From: Takakia lepidozioides
Lineage: Eukaryota > Plantae > Bryophyta
Direction of reading: 5' to 3'
NCBI GenBank assembly: GCA_030704615.1
Contig: CM060734.1
Coordinates: 8,928,001 to 8,992,000 of the forward strand
DNA: 64,000 bases
Numbering within the stretch: position 1 is the stretch's first letter; each line of letters starts with the position of its first letter. The translations under genes were made by a program, and so were the position numbers. The notes beneath the pieces were generated by a model that had not been told where the DNA came from, searched no databases, and saw only the letters and a list, made by a program, of their open reading frames with translations. Positions 1 to 13,101 of the stretch are shown in pieces.

Positions 1-214
1 TTCACAAACAAAAGATTGAATATCAAGACAAACCAAAGCAATTTTAGGTGTCCAGAGAATGATTATTCCCTGGTGAGCAGACCACTGCCACATCACGACG
101 GAAAGACATTACTGTAATCTCCACCAAAAGACTGGGAACCAAAAATATTTGAAGCATAGAAGAATGCCGCTAGACTAAAAGCAGGCGATAAGGATCATAG
201 TACCCAATTTGTAC

Positions 215-3200
215 CTGTAGAAAATGTAGAACAGAGTATCTTGCTGAAACTTAGTGAAATAGCCAGGCTGTAGATACACCACACAAGAACCCCAATTAGA
301 AGTGATACATTTTTGTGCCCAAAAACATCCTGAATTTAAGCTCAAAATAGAACATGCTTTAATGGACAAAGGAAAAAAACCATGAGTTTTTCGCGAAATG
401 CAGAGAAACTACATAAGCAGCCTTTCGAAAAATCTGTCAGACGTTCTCATGTTGTACTTCCGTTTTCGACAGCAAAACTCCAAGCAGCCACTCCAACCGC
501 AAACCGGTTTTTGTTTGATAAATCTTTGATTTACAATAACTCCGTAAGATCTCTCCAGGCTATGCTTTAAAGTCCCACTGTGCTTGCGTAACCAGTTCAA
601 GTCCCAGGGGATACAATCACAGCACGATCTCTTCATTGCTTTGCAAGTTGATAGAGAACCTTACATGAATAAATAAAACCACTAAATGCTCAAAGATAAT
701 CTACTTTATGCCAGGGCCACATTTCAAAAAGGTTGACTGATGAAGGGCATACCTGCAATCGGGGGGCTTGTTGGACATAGCACTGAGGTAGCGTGAACTC
801 GGGCTCACCCCTGGTGGGGCCTTCAGCCCATGGCGATGCAAAGGTTTTGTACAAGTTTTCTCTTGAGTTGAGGTTAAGTCCTAAAGTGGTGAGATCAGTC
901 CCCAAGGCTAGTGTTGTCAGGTCAGGGTCACTCATCCTTATTACACTTAACAAACCTAGCAATCCAAACCGGTCTGGTGATGCTGCCACCCCTCCCTGCT
1001 GCAGGGCCTTCAACGACTCTCTGGCAGACTGCCCCAGTTGCTGCTGCTCATGACCAGCCCCTCCTACTCTCAACTGTGCTCGATGGTAATGATGCACTAG
1101 GTCATATGATCCCAACCCTGCTGGCCCCGTAACCCCTCCACCTGATCGACGGACTTGTCCTCCCCCAGCCCCGGGTGGTCCTACTGTCTGTACCTGCCAT
1201 TCCATTTGCAACATGGAATTTAGGATTCTGATGAATATACCAATACACGACATGGATTGCAAATTCATAACCCCCATCTCACAAAGACGTGAAGTGACTT
1301 GAAAAGCACCAACACTAAGACGTACCATGCACGATATGGGCCATTGTTGACCAGACATCATTGAAGCTAATGACTAAAGATTAAAAAAAGAACCAAACAA
1401 AAAATGAGACCTGGCCCTGTTTGACCACCCCCTCTAAATGAACTCAAGAAGGGCACCAGAGTATTAGGAATATATGCTAATGTAACCACTCCTTTATCTG
1501 CACCAGAATAAGATTGCTTTTAGCTTTGTCACTAATATATATTGAGATGACTTGGCAGTAACCACAAAGAAAAGTGGCTCTTACTGAGGCTGGTTTCCGC
1601 CGGAGTATTTTGCTCAGGAACGAACCTCAAGCAGAACATTTTGGTTGGTCCAAGCTGGGATACCATAGAGCTTCTCAAGGTCTGCATTGACTGTGACAAA
1701 TTGATGTGTATGAATGTTTAATACATCAACACATAGTAGCTTTCTTACCTGAGAGTGGTAAGAAGCTGACAGGCCATGTGATGATGGGAAAGAGTCGGTG
1801 ACGCTGGCATGTAAGTGCTGCACGTCAGAGGCGTTCATGGAGGCCATCGATCCCGAGGCCACCATGCCCACCGACTGCGGGACCACCAATTGCCGGTGCA
1901 GCACATACGACCCTCCCAGCGAAAATCCAGCAGACCTCCCCATCTGCACTGAGTAGCTGACTGACTATACTTAAACAAAGCACTAGAAGAAGCAACGATT
2001 CTCCCTCCACCCAATCTCACACCTTCCAAACACCACCCTCCAGGACCTCTGAAACAGCAACATCCAGAACTAAGGTCTCTTCCAAACTTCCAATTGCCAC
2101 CTTCTATAATCGTCAATTAGAGCACCAAGCCTGTGTGGATATGAATCATCTGCTAGCGATCTTCCTCAAAAAGGGGAAAACCATTATATGTTGTTCATTT
2201 TCATCACATCACCAAACTCCAGAAACGTCATTCTTTACTCATGAATGACGCAAGTATAATGCTGAACACTAACGAGTGGCATATACATCAGCATTTGTCA
2301 GAAACACTGAAATCATTCCCAGTGGTTATCCCATTAAGACTGTTGGTTGGAGACTCCTCTCTTTGTTTGCATAGTAAAACTTTTACCGTCAGCAAAGTTC
2401 ATAACAGCAGCTGGCATCCCTGCTGCGTCTACACAGGGGGAGTCATAGAAAGGATCCCCCGCCTGCTCTCACTGAAGGTGATGTCAGCAAATAGTTTCGA
2501 CTTTTAGCATTCTGAAGAGTTTCCACATCCACTGATTCCAGTGACATTATACCAGTGCTCCTGCGTAAAGCCGAGCATCCAGGTTTTAAGAAACTAGTGT
2601 AATATTCTTTTACAGTCTGGAGAATTTCATCAGCCTACTCTGTTCCAGACTGCTAGCAGTTCTACATTTAGGTGTTATGGACTTGTTACGACTACAACAT
2701 GCCGGGTAAACCCATGAGTTGGTTATTTGGACTGTATTCAAAGTTGGTTCAGTGTAACAAAGTTCCTCGTAATCGATAGTTTTGGGTCTCAGAGGCAGCA
2801 CTCTAACATGGTACACCCATTCTCCAAGCCACAGCAAGCAAATATACTGGTTATATTCCCAGGTCCACAATAGAAGATCTGAATCAAACCACTAAACCTG
2901 CTGGAGCATTCCAAGGTACATAAGAGCCAGGGCTAAAGCAATGTACCAGGTAAGGTCCATGCACTGTCTACTGGTGTCTGTATTTTACGTGATGAGAAAA
3001 ACCGTGACTGGAGATCTGGATGAGGAAATCTTTGCGCAGTCTTGAGAAGGTATCAGATCCTCAATGATCTGGAAAGCTTTTTATCAGGTGTTAATTCCAT
3101 CATGAATAGAACCAGATACTGCAAAGCAGGTGGTTGCGGTTGGTACTCACTAACTGAATATCGTAAGCCAAAACTCTATACCTCTGTTAAGAGGTAGGCA

Positions 3201-6200
3201 CTCTTTGACAGCAGGGTTTTTGACTGGAGCCACTTACGAGGCCAATGCCTACCCAAGAGACTCGGAAGCCTTGAGATAGGCACTAGTTCACGGCTGGGTT
3301 TTACACAGGAGCCACTTGTGTGGTGCAATTCTTCTCCTAGAGACTAAGAAGCCTCTAGATTCGGAGGAGTTAGACAACCGATCTAGGCAGCCCAAACGTG
3401 CTATCTCTGGCCCATCTGCTGGTTGCTCCCACACTTATAGTCCAATCCCTTAACGATCTCAGTTGATATGGACTTGACCAGTTATAAAACAGTCTAGTAG
3501 CTTGGTAATGGAAGGCATGAACAAGTCTGTACCGTGAAATGTTGTGACTGGATTGCAGCAGCCAGCGCATTTTCATGTTGCTGCTCCTTATGATGTTGCA
3601 AATCAGTTGTTAACTCGTCACTCCCACCTGCAACCATGCCATGCACTCTCAATTGAGATACCAACCATACCACATATTCACTCTCTCACTTCTCCATAGC
3701 TACTTAGTCCTTGTCCAGTTACAGTTATGAGGCAGCAACCTCACGAGATCCCGACTGGGAGCCCTGCAACTCCTCCTTCAAACAGAGGCTTGGGCTTCTA
3801 GAATGAGACTCGGCAGCGGAGCATTGCTGTAGGATCCCATGAGCTAGTGTACCTCTGTCTGTGCATCTACGTTCGTACTGCTCCTCGTGGAGTCCAATTA
3901 CCATTGTTGCAGGAAGGGAGAAGGTAGCTGGACAAGAGACGGCATAGATAGATGGTGGGCTTACCTTTAAAACCAGGCAATGCAGGAAAGTCTTCATTTT
4001 GTATGCTAAACTCTTGATTTTGATGCACAATGGCATTCACAGCAACCCCTTGCTTTCTCAAGGCAGCTGCCACAACACCATCAGCACAACTCAGTCAGAC
4101 AAACGCCAGAATGCTCCAATAATCATACGTACATTTCCAGTCTCTTCCCCCAGCCTGGTTGCATCTTCTTGAGTAGCACAGCAACAAACTCCAATGACTG
4201 GCTAACCTACTTTTTGCTGTGATTTTGTGAACCTTCTGCAGTGATCTCGGAATGGACTGTTTATGAGGGCTTTCATACAGCTGCACGCCAGCAAGGCACG
4301 CAAGTAGCAACCATGAGATGCATACATTGCAGTGCTTTTTCTCTCATTTTTCAAAAGTGGCACGAGTGGCTACTTGTGTACTCTACCCAGCACCCCAAGT
4401 GGCGAAAAAAATGAGCTGGCACATTAAATGTCGCTATATGACAGCTGGCAGGTTTTAACAGGTCCACGTTGACAAACATACGGATTTTCTGGCGACAACC
4501 TCTCGATCATCTCTCCTGTTTTGGCGAAAATTTGGAAGAAAATGCCTTCATTTTCCTTTAGTGAGGTAGGAGCCCAAGAAAAAAGGAGCGTTTTGGCGAA
4601 AATTCGCCAGCAAAAAAAACGCTGATACGTTGGTAAGTGCCTAGCTAGACCTGGGACCCCACAGCAATAGGCAACCCATGTGCTCATTATCTAACTCGAT
4701 TAAGAACATAAGACTCTTCTTCATAAATAAGATCTGGTGTTGGAAACTGAGGTTACCGATGCCCACCTACAGCTCCTTGAAGCCCTCCAGATCCAGATTG
4801 GCGGGCACTCAATTGAGGGAAGTCATTTATGTCAAAGGCTACACCGTCATTAGCCCCACCATCACTGGTCACTCCAATGCTGCCAAGCTGGCCATTTGAG
4901 GAAGGCAACTGCCCCTGGATGCCTGAGCCTGGCGAGGTTGAAAAATTTCCTCCCAGCAGCGAGACAGCTTGCGGCGATGCTGCAAAATCAGATTGCAACA
5001 CCAGATTTCATCACCATATCACTGCCTTTTCTGCCAAAAAATCAAAATCCTAGAAGCTCCCTTACATTGAAGTGTCGGAAAATCTGAGTCCCATTGTTGA
5101 ATTGATGATTCAGAATTGCTAAAACCCTTTTAACTTTCATTCAGAATCCTCCTGGTAGGGAGTTGGCCAGTGAAAGAAGTGATTTCTCACCCCGACTGAT
5201 CATGGCCAGCAAATCTCCTGAGGGATTGTACGTCGACGATGACATATTCACCCCTTGTTGCAGCATTGAAGTTCCAGGCCGCCCGGGCCCTTGCACACCA
5301 ATCCCACCACTAGTACTTAGGGACCCCATATTAGCACGCGATCCATTCAGATTTGGCACATTTAGCCCAACACCAGCATTCAATGCTCTGGTAAGGCCTC
5401 CAGCTCCAGCAAGACTTACTCCCCCCCCTCCACCAATGCTACCAATGGAACTTGCAATGCGGGGGCCTGCACCCCCCATCTGTGAAGGAATCACTCCCAA
5501 CCCAGCAAGAGAACCGCGATTTCCAACTGTGCCAGCTCCAGGGGATGATCCTAGCCCCGAGCCCCCAACCCCATTCATGCTACCGCTGAAGGCATGATTT
5601 CCAACTACACTAATCCCTGTACGACTCGTCATTGCTGTGTGCCCATGAATACCTGCGTGGGACAACTGCTGACACCCACCATCGCACGTCTCCCCTAAGT
5701 TCCATCACCAGATTACTATTCTGACTGCTATTGCAAACAGAGAAAAACTGGAGTACGACAGATGATGAAGTAAAGCAGGTACACAGAATAAATCCAGATA
5801 GTATGCTTTGAGGAAAAACCAAATGCTTCGGGCCCAACAGCAGACAAGAACGTGAGGCCTGGGACCTGACTGCAGAATAATCCGACAGCAATCCTGTAAC
5901 TGATACAAATGCCAAGAAAACGACCAAAGCTCCAGTGAATGGTGCAACTTCCCTAAAATTAAATCAAGATATAGCAAAAATCAGTCAAAAGAAAATGTTC
6001 AAAAAGTTGATAGCACTACGTGTGTGTGCAGATTCCGGTAAGTGTTAAGTGTTATCCCTCCAGATCACTGCACAAAAAGAGCAGAGAAGGGAAATTACCT
6101 GTGAAAGACCAACTGGCAGGTTGTTGGAGATGAACCGGGCAGGCAAGCTCCCTGTAGGTTGATGTGCACCACTTGAAGGGCCCCCTCCCACCCCTGGGTT

Positions 6201-6688
6201 CCGTGAGGATAATGAATTTGGCATTGTTTGGATGTTGTAACTTGCTGAGGCATTGTGCAATCCCTGAAGACTCCCTGGAAATGGAGCAAACCCTTAGGAC
6301 TCAGCAATTGCAAGGCAGTTTTCAGGTACCAAAGTTACACAGGCCTGCACCAAAAAGGGAGGTGCACTTGGGGACAATACTACTTACAATGTCACTGCAA
6401 CCTCCAGGCACGTGTCTCTAAACTACAGTACAATAGAGCTATGCATCGTATATCATATGCTGGGAGAAAGCCAAGTATACTACAACTTGAAGTAAACAGG
6501 AAGGAATGCTGACAATCAGTCTGTTACTTGTCCCAGTGTAAGAGCAACTTGAGTGGCTATGGACAGCCCTCACCTCCATGATGGACAAAAGGTGTTGTTC
6601 CTGACTGTGCTGAGAAGGAGGATGAAGCAAAAGGTCGTGCTGAGCTGCCAGAGTCAAGCAGGGTTGAAGTTGAACTGTTAAGCATAGA
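215..6688 (-). CDS. NOT2: CCR4-NOT subunit NOT2-like (NOT2/NOT3/NOT5 domain), multi-exon; 3' end runs off the window start
   Basis: GT-AG exons at about 6574-6688, 6099-6274, 5191-5665, 4757-4979, 3965-4066, 3533-3627, 1749-1943, 753-1193 and 215-267. They encode plant NOT2 signatures FDINDFPQL, NQEFSIQNEDFPALPGFKG, DRFGLLGLLSVIRMSDPDLTTLALGTDLTTLGLNLNS..LYKTFASPW and FQQDTLFYIFY. The first coding exon is uncertain (possibly MKPQRNQ near 7365-7385). Confidence 0.92.
2300..3400 (+). mobile_element. Possible highly degenerate L1-type reverse transcriptase relic inside a NOT2 intron
   Basis: Scattered L1 ORF2-like peptides, e.g. FDWSHLRGQCLPKRLGSLEI resembles W..LC.PK..GGLGI; no continuous ORF. 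Confidence 0.3.
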
Positions 6689-6919
6689 CTGCACCCGTAA
6701 TCCAGGTGTTAGAGATGTCTTAGTTTTTTGACGAGTTCAAACTCACTATTCCTCCATGCACAGAAGTGTGGCCTTGTGAGATGAGGGTGACCTCAATGAT
6801 CTCCACTTCTTTTTCAATCTTTAGACTCTCCAACACCGGCCAATGAACACCATGTACAGGGATTTTGACCAGCACGTACAACACTTTAAAATGACACTGC
6901 CCATTGAAGAAGCAACAAA

Positions 6920-7286
6920 AGAGGATGCTGCAAGCAGCAGTCACTGCATAACAGTATGACAGGACAGGAGAAGAGACAGTAACTTGGCTCAGGTTATAAC
7001 TCAAGCAGGAATCCAGGAGTGAGCTGCATGAAGTGGGACTTCCTCTCAAAATTTATTTCATTTTTTATAAACTTTCATACTATTGGACTATATAGGGTGC
7101 CTATAGAGGATGCTGCAAGCAGCAGTCACTGCATAACAGTATGACAGGACAGGAGAAGAGACAGTAACTTGGCTCAGGTTATAACTCAAGCAGGAATCCA
7201 GGAGTGAGCTGCATGAAGTGGGACTTCCTCTCAAAATTTATTTCATTTTTTATAAACTTTCATACTATTGGACTATATAGGGTGCC
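6920..7286. repeat. Near-perfect tandem duplication with a ~185-bp period
   Basis: GAGGATGCTGCAAGCAGCAGTCAC...TATAGGGTGCC starts at 6921 and again at 7106. Confidence 0.95.
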
Positions 7287-9375
7287 CACCTCACTTCAGA
7301 TATTACAGCACCAACAGGCTAGAATTAAAAATACAATGATCACTAGAACTCTCAACAGAATAACCTGATTTCTCTGAGGCTTCATGCATGACCCCTCAGG
7401 CGGCCAAATGACTTTACTCAGAGCAGTGAAAAATAAGATTTGACCTAACTATTTCGCACACACAGGAGGCAGAGTTGCACAATCTTCACGAACACCAAGA
7501 CACTACCTTTCATGCTGCTAGAATGAGCAATCTAAAGAAAATTAAATCTTTGACCTCCCCGAGACTTTGCACGCCTCATGAAGCAGGTGTACCCAAAATA
7601 GGTCAGAGGGGTCCATAGCCTTCAATATGACGATGGGAAAGTGACATACCTCTTTGACATTGGCGTCATGACGAAATGGAAAGTACATGGTGGATTCGTA
7701 CTCAAGCATCTAATTTGCATTTCGCCTCTAAACTGGGATCCCTTGGCACCATCTTCAATTCTAAATCATACCTGTGTGCAGCCACCCTCCCACACATCCT
7801 TATATTCAGCCCTTATTCTGAACCAGTAGAAGTCGAGGGATCCCGACACCCTTCAAGTTAGGTCATTCGGGACAGAGCACCAACCGTTGCAGTGAACCCT
7901 TCGATCGCCAATGCCGAAATAACCGGAATACAGTTGACCAATGCGATATGAAAAAAAAATAGTTCACTGTAAAGTCACAACTCTAGGGGACATGCGGTCT
8001 GCCTGAAGTATGAAACGTACACCAAAGTGGGAAACCATAAGCTAAAGGGAAGAAAATATGAAGCCTGAAACAACTACCTACCACATTCAAGGCGTGGCCA
8101 CCATGCAAAGCAATGAAACCCCGTTCGCACCAATACAGGAAGATATCCAGTCGATCACGCCCTTGCAACAATCCCTCGACCAATCAAAATATAACTCGCA
8201 AGGAGATATCACACCCTCGAAAAGCTACCACGGCGCAGATTTCAGATGCCACAAAGAATGCCTTCGAAAAAATGATCCAGGCATGACCGGATGGTCAAGA
8301 TTCTCATACAACAACGACGTAAACCCTCACTCTCTGTCTCTCTTTCTGTCCTTCGCTTCAGGACACAGAATGCGCGCGAGCGCAGCGCACGGCCCGTTGC
8401 ATTTACGTACGCCTCTTATACGGTGCGACAGACCTAGTTACGTACCTACCACACGTCCCAGTACCTACCTACCACCTTTGCTAGGTACCTCGACTGGATT
8501 GTTTGTTACTTCTTGCAATGCGATAAGAGGAGGTGCCTTTTCAGCATCCTGGAGCTATTTGTAGATCTTTACCTCTGGGATGCAGAGTTTTCATCAGAGA
8601 TTTTTTCCCCTTTTCCTGCCTCTCTCTCCCTGATTCCTCCCACCTGCCAGTGTTGGAAGCTCCATGTTAACCATCAACACATGCCTATGGGACAGGATCT
8701 CACAGGTCTGTGAGAAAGCCTTAAGCTGCATCCTGTGTGCGCTGCTCTGGGAGCCATACCCACCAGCATTTAATTGTGGTTACATAACAAAGCTACCTTC
8801 AGACTATAATCCTCAATGTCACTTCCTACACACTCCCTGTCTTGTGCAGCTCCAGGGGTTGAAGCGGACGCAAGCTGCCAGACCGTGAAATACCTTCCTC
8901 CCAGTGCATATTGGGCACTCTGGTAGGGCCAATTGTTGATTGATGCTTGTTACAATGCTCATCTGTAACAAGGACAAGAAGCCTTTCAAACAAACAGAGT
9001 GTAGAGCGACCAGAAACAAAAACAGAATTCTTTTTCCTTGTTGCAAAACGAGGGAAGAAGAGGAAGACCCTTCAAATTTCCTTTTGCCTTCAATAGTTCC
9101 CTAGGGAACGTAACAGCCAAGGTTTGACTGTATTAACAGGTACCACTGTCATTTCATAACTGGTACAAAGCAAATCTATGCAGAGAGTCACCCCATTTTA
9201 GGAGTACAACTCAAAATTTGTTAAAATCAAATAGCATATCTGATTCTCAGACCATTGCCCCACAAGTTTGTCGGGTAATTATCTCTCCTTCCCTGTCCCT
9301 CTTCCTCAATCTCTTTTTCTCTTTCTAGACATTGATGACAAGAGTGATGACTTCTCAGTTTTATTCCTCATACAT

Positions 9376-10477
9376 TTAAGCCTCTCTTTTGGAAAAGTAA
9401 CCAGAAAGCGCAGATGCAAGGGCGCCTGCCATAAAGAGCCCAAGGGCTGGCTGAAACAGAGTGGGCCACAACGGCAGCCATAAATCAAGCAGGCCAGAAG
9501 TGTCTAACACTGCCTTCTCCCCCAGACCTACCATTAACCATGCTAGAATGAAGAGGATGAAAAAGAAGTCCGCAACTAAAATTTTATCAACCACGCTTTT
9601 AGCTAACCCTTGGGCCTCACTCTTCTCAGAAGCATCTGTTGACCTTCTCTGAAATTTTTCCAACTGCTTTTCAATGTCCCTCTTCTTCTGTAGGCGCACA
9701 ATGTCTTGCTCCATTGTTGCACGTTGTTGCATTTCACTCTCCAATGAGGAGCTTGTGCCAGTAAGATTGTCCAACGAATTCAGCTCTTTCCTCCACAATG
9801 GTTCCACCTTCTTCCCTCCAGTTCCATCATCTGTGGCCAACGCTCTGACCTGCAGCAGTTTTTGTTAGTGAGCTTGATTAGCTCAAACTGCAGTTGAGCT
9901 GCAGTCAAACAACACGGTGCTGTTTGTGCAATGAATCTGGAAGGGACAACTGATTACCATGCTAGATAAACATTTCAACATTGGACTTGCAACCACTTCA
10001 ACTTATACCCGGTTTGATCGACTGTTGCATACACTCGCTCATACTAGCGTTCCTGATGAGGTCTAGGTTCTCAAATTGCTCTCCCTGCTAAGAACATAAC
10101 CCCACAATGCGGCCTTACAGCTCTCACCTACCCAACAGAATATTGGGCGGGGACAAACTTAAAAATCCAGTTTTAAGTAAACCAAACGCGAGTTTTCATG
10201 AATACAAACAATAAAGCGATAGCTGCCCACGACCTAATTCTAAGGTAAGGGAGAACCCATTTCTCACCTCAAGTCTTGGAGTACTGCGTAACGATAAGCC
10301 TGTCTTCCCTGACACATTTGAGTGAACCCGTTTCTGTTCTAGCGATACACTTCGCCTACGAGCAAAGCATGACGAAGTTCGGTGTTGAACCAGAACACGC
10401 TCCCTATGTGCGTTTGAACCTGCAGTGCAACACGGGCATGTGCTTGGTAACATTGATTGGAGGATGGAGGAAGCCAT
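9376..10477 (-). CDS. Two-exon putative plastid-targeted protein with a coiled coil and two C-terminal transmembrane helices
   Basis: Exon 10268-10477 is Ser/Arg-rich and transit-peptide-like (MASSILQSMLPS...). Exon 9376-9849 continues in phase and ends VVDKILVADFFFILFILAWLMVG...LWLPLWPTLFQPALGLFMAGALASAL, which resembles a small conserved cyanobacterial/algal membrane protein (from memory). Confidence 0.8.
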
Positions 10478-11369
10478 AGCTGAACTCAAGAGCAGAGAAC
10501 AGAAGAAAATCATGACAACCAGATCCTTATTACTTACTGTGGATGAATATCCCATTTGTTGGGGGTGGCTTACAAGCTGGACCGCCAAATTTAGCTTTCG
10601 TCAAAATGGACACACTTAATTTGGAGACAACTTTGGGTGTGACCATTTCTCATCCCGTCTGTGAGCATTGAGCCAGGATCTGAGAGGTGATGAATATCGC
10701 CTTCCTCATGGTAACAGGTATGATGCAGAAGCTTTACCCAGGGCCCTATCTTCTTCTTGCGGGGAACGGTCGGGTGGATCTACATCATGCAGCGGATTGA
10801 AGGACCAGGCAGTGCAGCTGAAGTGGGTCACTTCAGCAATGTCTGGCTCGAGACCCTTGATTCCTAGTGTGCTCTGTTTTCGGTCTGTGGATTGTATGCG
10901 TCGGAGTGATCCAAAGTAGGGAGGGAAATTTGAATCTGCGACGGATTTCTCATTGAGCAGAAACTACTCGCATACTGGGCGGCGAAGTTGACATCATGGG
11001 CATGCAAGGGCTGTAGGTTAACGGGAGTCTAAGCGACTCCCTTGTCCAGGCCCTGCAGTATCCTGGAATCTCTATCCAAGAGAGTAAGAGAGAGAGTGGT
11101 ACATGCATGTCAAAGCTAGACAAGGAAACACCAAACACAATATGTTGTGTTTACCTCTTGTTAACATATTCTTACTGGCAAACCACCTGTACAACAAAGG
11201 TTCGACAAGCTGCAGCCTGCCCCATCTACAGGTCATACTATGTGAGCCAATTATGAATCATCCCGATTCTTTGGGAAGAATGTAGTCATAATTCGCTGTT
11301 TGCCATAGCCTTGTGGACACACCCCGCCTCTAGTTTGGGCGGAAGAAGAGGGAACAGATATTACCTTTG

Positions 11370-11790
11370 GGACTTACCTTAATATAAACAATTAGTTTGG
11401 GCTTTCCAGATTTCATCTAAAAAGCCCTCCACACAAGCATCAATCTGCTGTGTGTGAGCTGCCCAGGAATCAAATCCCAAGAGGGCCAGGACTTTTGGCT
11501 CAGTCTCAAGATTTTGAACGATAGCGAACAGAGGTGCAGGGACTATGTTCTTGATGGTCCTGAAGAAGGTCGCTCGCTGACAAGAATACCCCGGACATTG
11601 TTTCGTATAATGGATGTTGTCTTCAGGCCGCCTGTACATTGGGCATTGACAATTTGCGTTTCCTCTCTGTATCTGTTTATTGTTCAAGGTAGTCCCTGCC
11701 CTGAATTTAAATTTCAAGAATGTACTCATGCCATTCCCTGGAAACATTGGCTGGCTCCAAGATACAAGATACAAGACTTCGAGTTTAACC
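11370..11790 (-). mobile_element. LINE 3' fragment (zf-RVT-like zinc knuckle)
   Basis: ORF 11379-11774 contains CPMYRRPEDNIHYTKQC...FLDEIWK; homologous to 28430-28620 and 47900-48600. Confidence 0.7.
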
Positions 11791-13101
11791 TGTAATGCAG
11801 AGGACTTGTGAGCACAGATATGACACCTGTAGACAATTCTTTGGTCCCTCCAAAGTTGTAGCCACCATTGTCAGTCACACTGATGGATGAACACTGAGAA
11901 ATGTACTATCGCCCTTTCTCTGCGAATGTTGACTATAACTTCACCTTGATGACGTCGTCCCTCTTGGATGTCAAGCCACTTGTGGGGTTTCCACCTACCA
12001 TAGTGTTTGAGCATTGCCAATGGTAATCTGGCCACAGAATTGGCGTATCAATGTAAGGGCATGCTAGGAAGTGCTAAGTTGATTCCAGCAGTGGTACAGC
12101 CCCACAGATCTGGTGTGATTGATAGGCTCAGAATGTAGTATGAAGGGCAAGAGCAGGCAGAGAGAAAGAGAGAAAAGAGAAGAGTTGAACGAATGAGAAC
12201 CCAACAGCAGCATTACTCAATAACACCCAAGTCAATGAGTAGCTGGTAAAGAGCAATGTACACCACAGTACAGTGAGGCTATTGTCATCTGGCAAAGTTC
12301 TCATGGTCTTGCAGTTGTTGCAAGCAGATCAAGCTAAAGAGCAACTCTGGCAGGAGTTCTTCTCAGATCCTTCACAGTGGTGCGACAACAGGTTTGACAA
12401 GGTGAGGTTATCTTCATTCAGGACATGAATGTGACAGAGGGCTTTGACTGAAGGGGATTATATCCTCAGTTGTTAAATTTATGACAATTTCTCCCTCATT
12501 GCAGAGAAGCAGCAAAATAATTATTGCTGTGAGTTCTTCCATGTTAGGTTGTTCCCTTTTATTCAGAAGTGCTTAGAGTTTTCATGGTTTTTGCCTGAGC
12601 TTTGGGAGGCTGTAGTTAAACTGAGTCAGGATTGTCAGTCCTTTGCTCTAACCACCTGAGCTATCTGAACAAAAAGAAAAAGTACTAAGCTGCCCGGTGG
12701 TGGTTTTCACAGAGAGGTCCAAGGTCACCTGACTTCAGGCATAAAGGTGCAAAGGAGGTCCTTTGGATTGAGGATTGGTCAAACCCTGCATGGGTGAAAG
12801 CAGAGATATTCACCCTGATAAATTTCAAGCACAATCTGGTGGTTTTCCAATGTTGATGTACACCATGAAGCTCCAGGCCAAGTATACAATCGGTATTGTC
12901 TTCATGATGATTTAAGGGTTCCAATTCAGGCAGATAGAATTGGTACGCAGTTGATCCTCAAACTAAAGGACTTCTGTAGTTTGCTAGCTGTGGTAATATG
13001 TAACAAACAGCCTATCCTTCTTCCTTTGAAGTATCTGCGAGCATGTTATGCATTAATAAATTTGAGTACAAAGCTCTGTAACTAAGATTTGAGTCATGCA
13101 G

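Noticed and set aside
8058-8564. 168-aa plus-strand ORF
   Set aside because: It overlaps the presumed NOT2 promoter/5' UTR in antisense and has no recognisable features.
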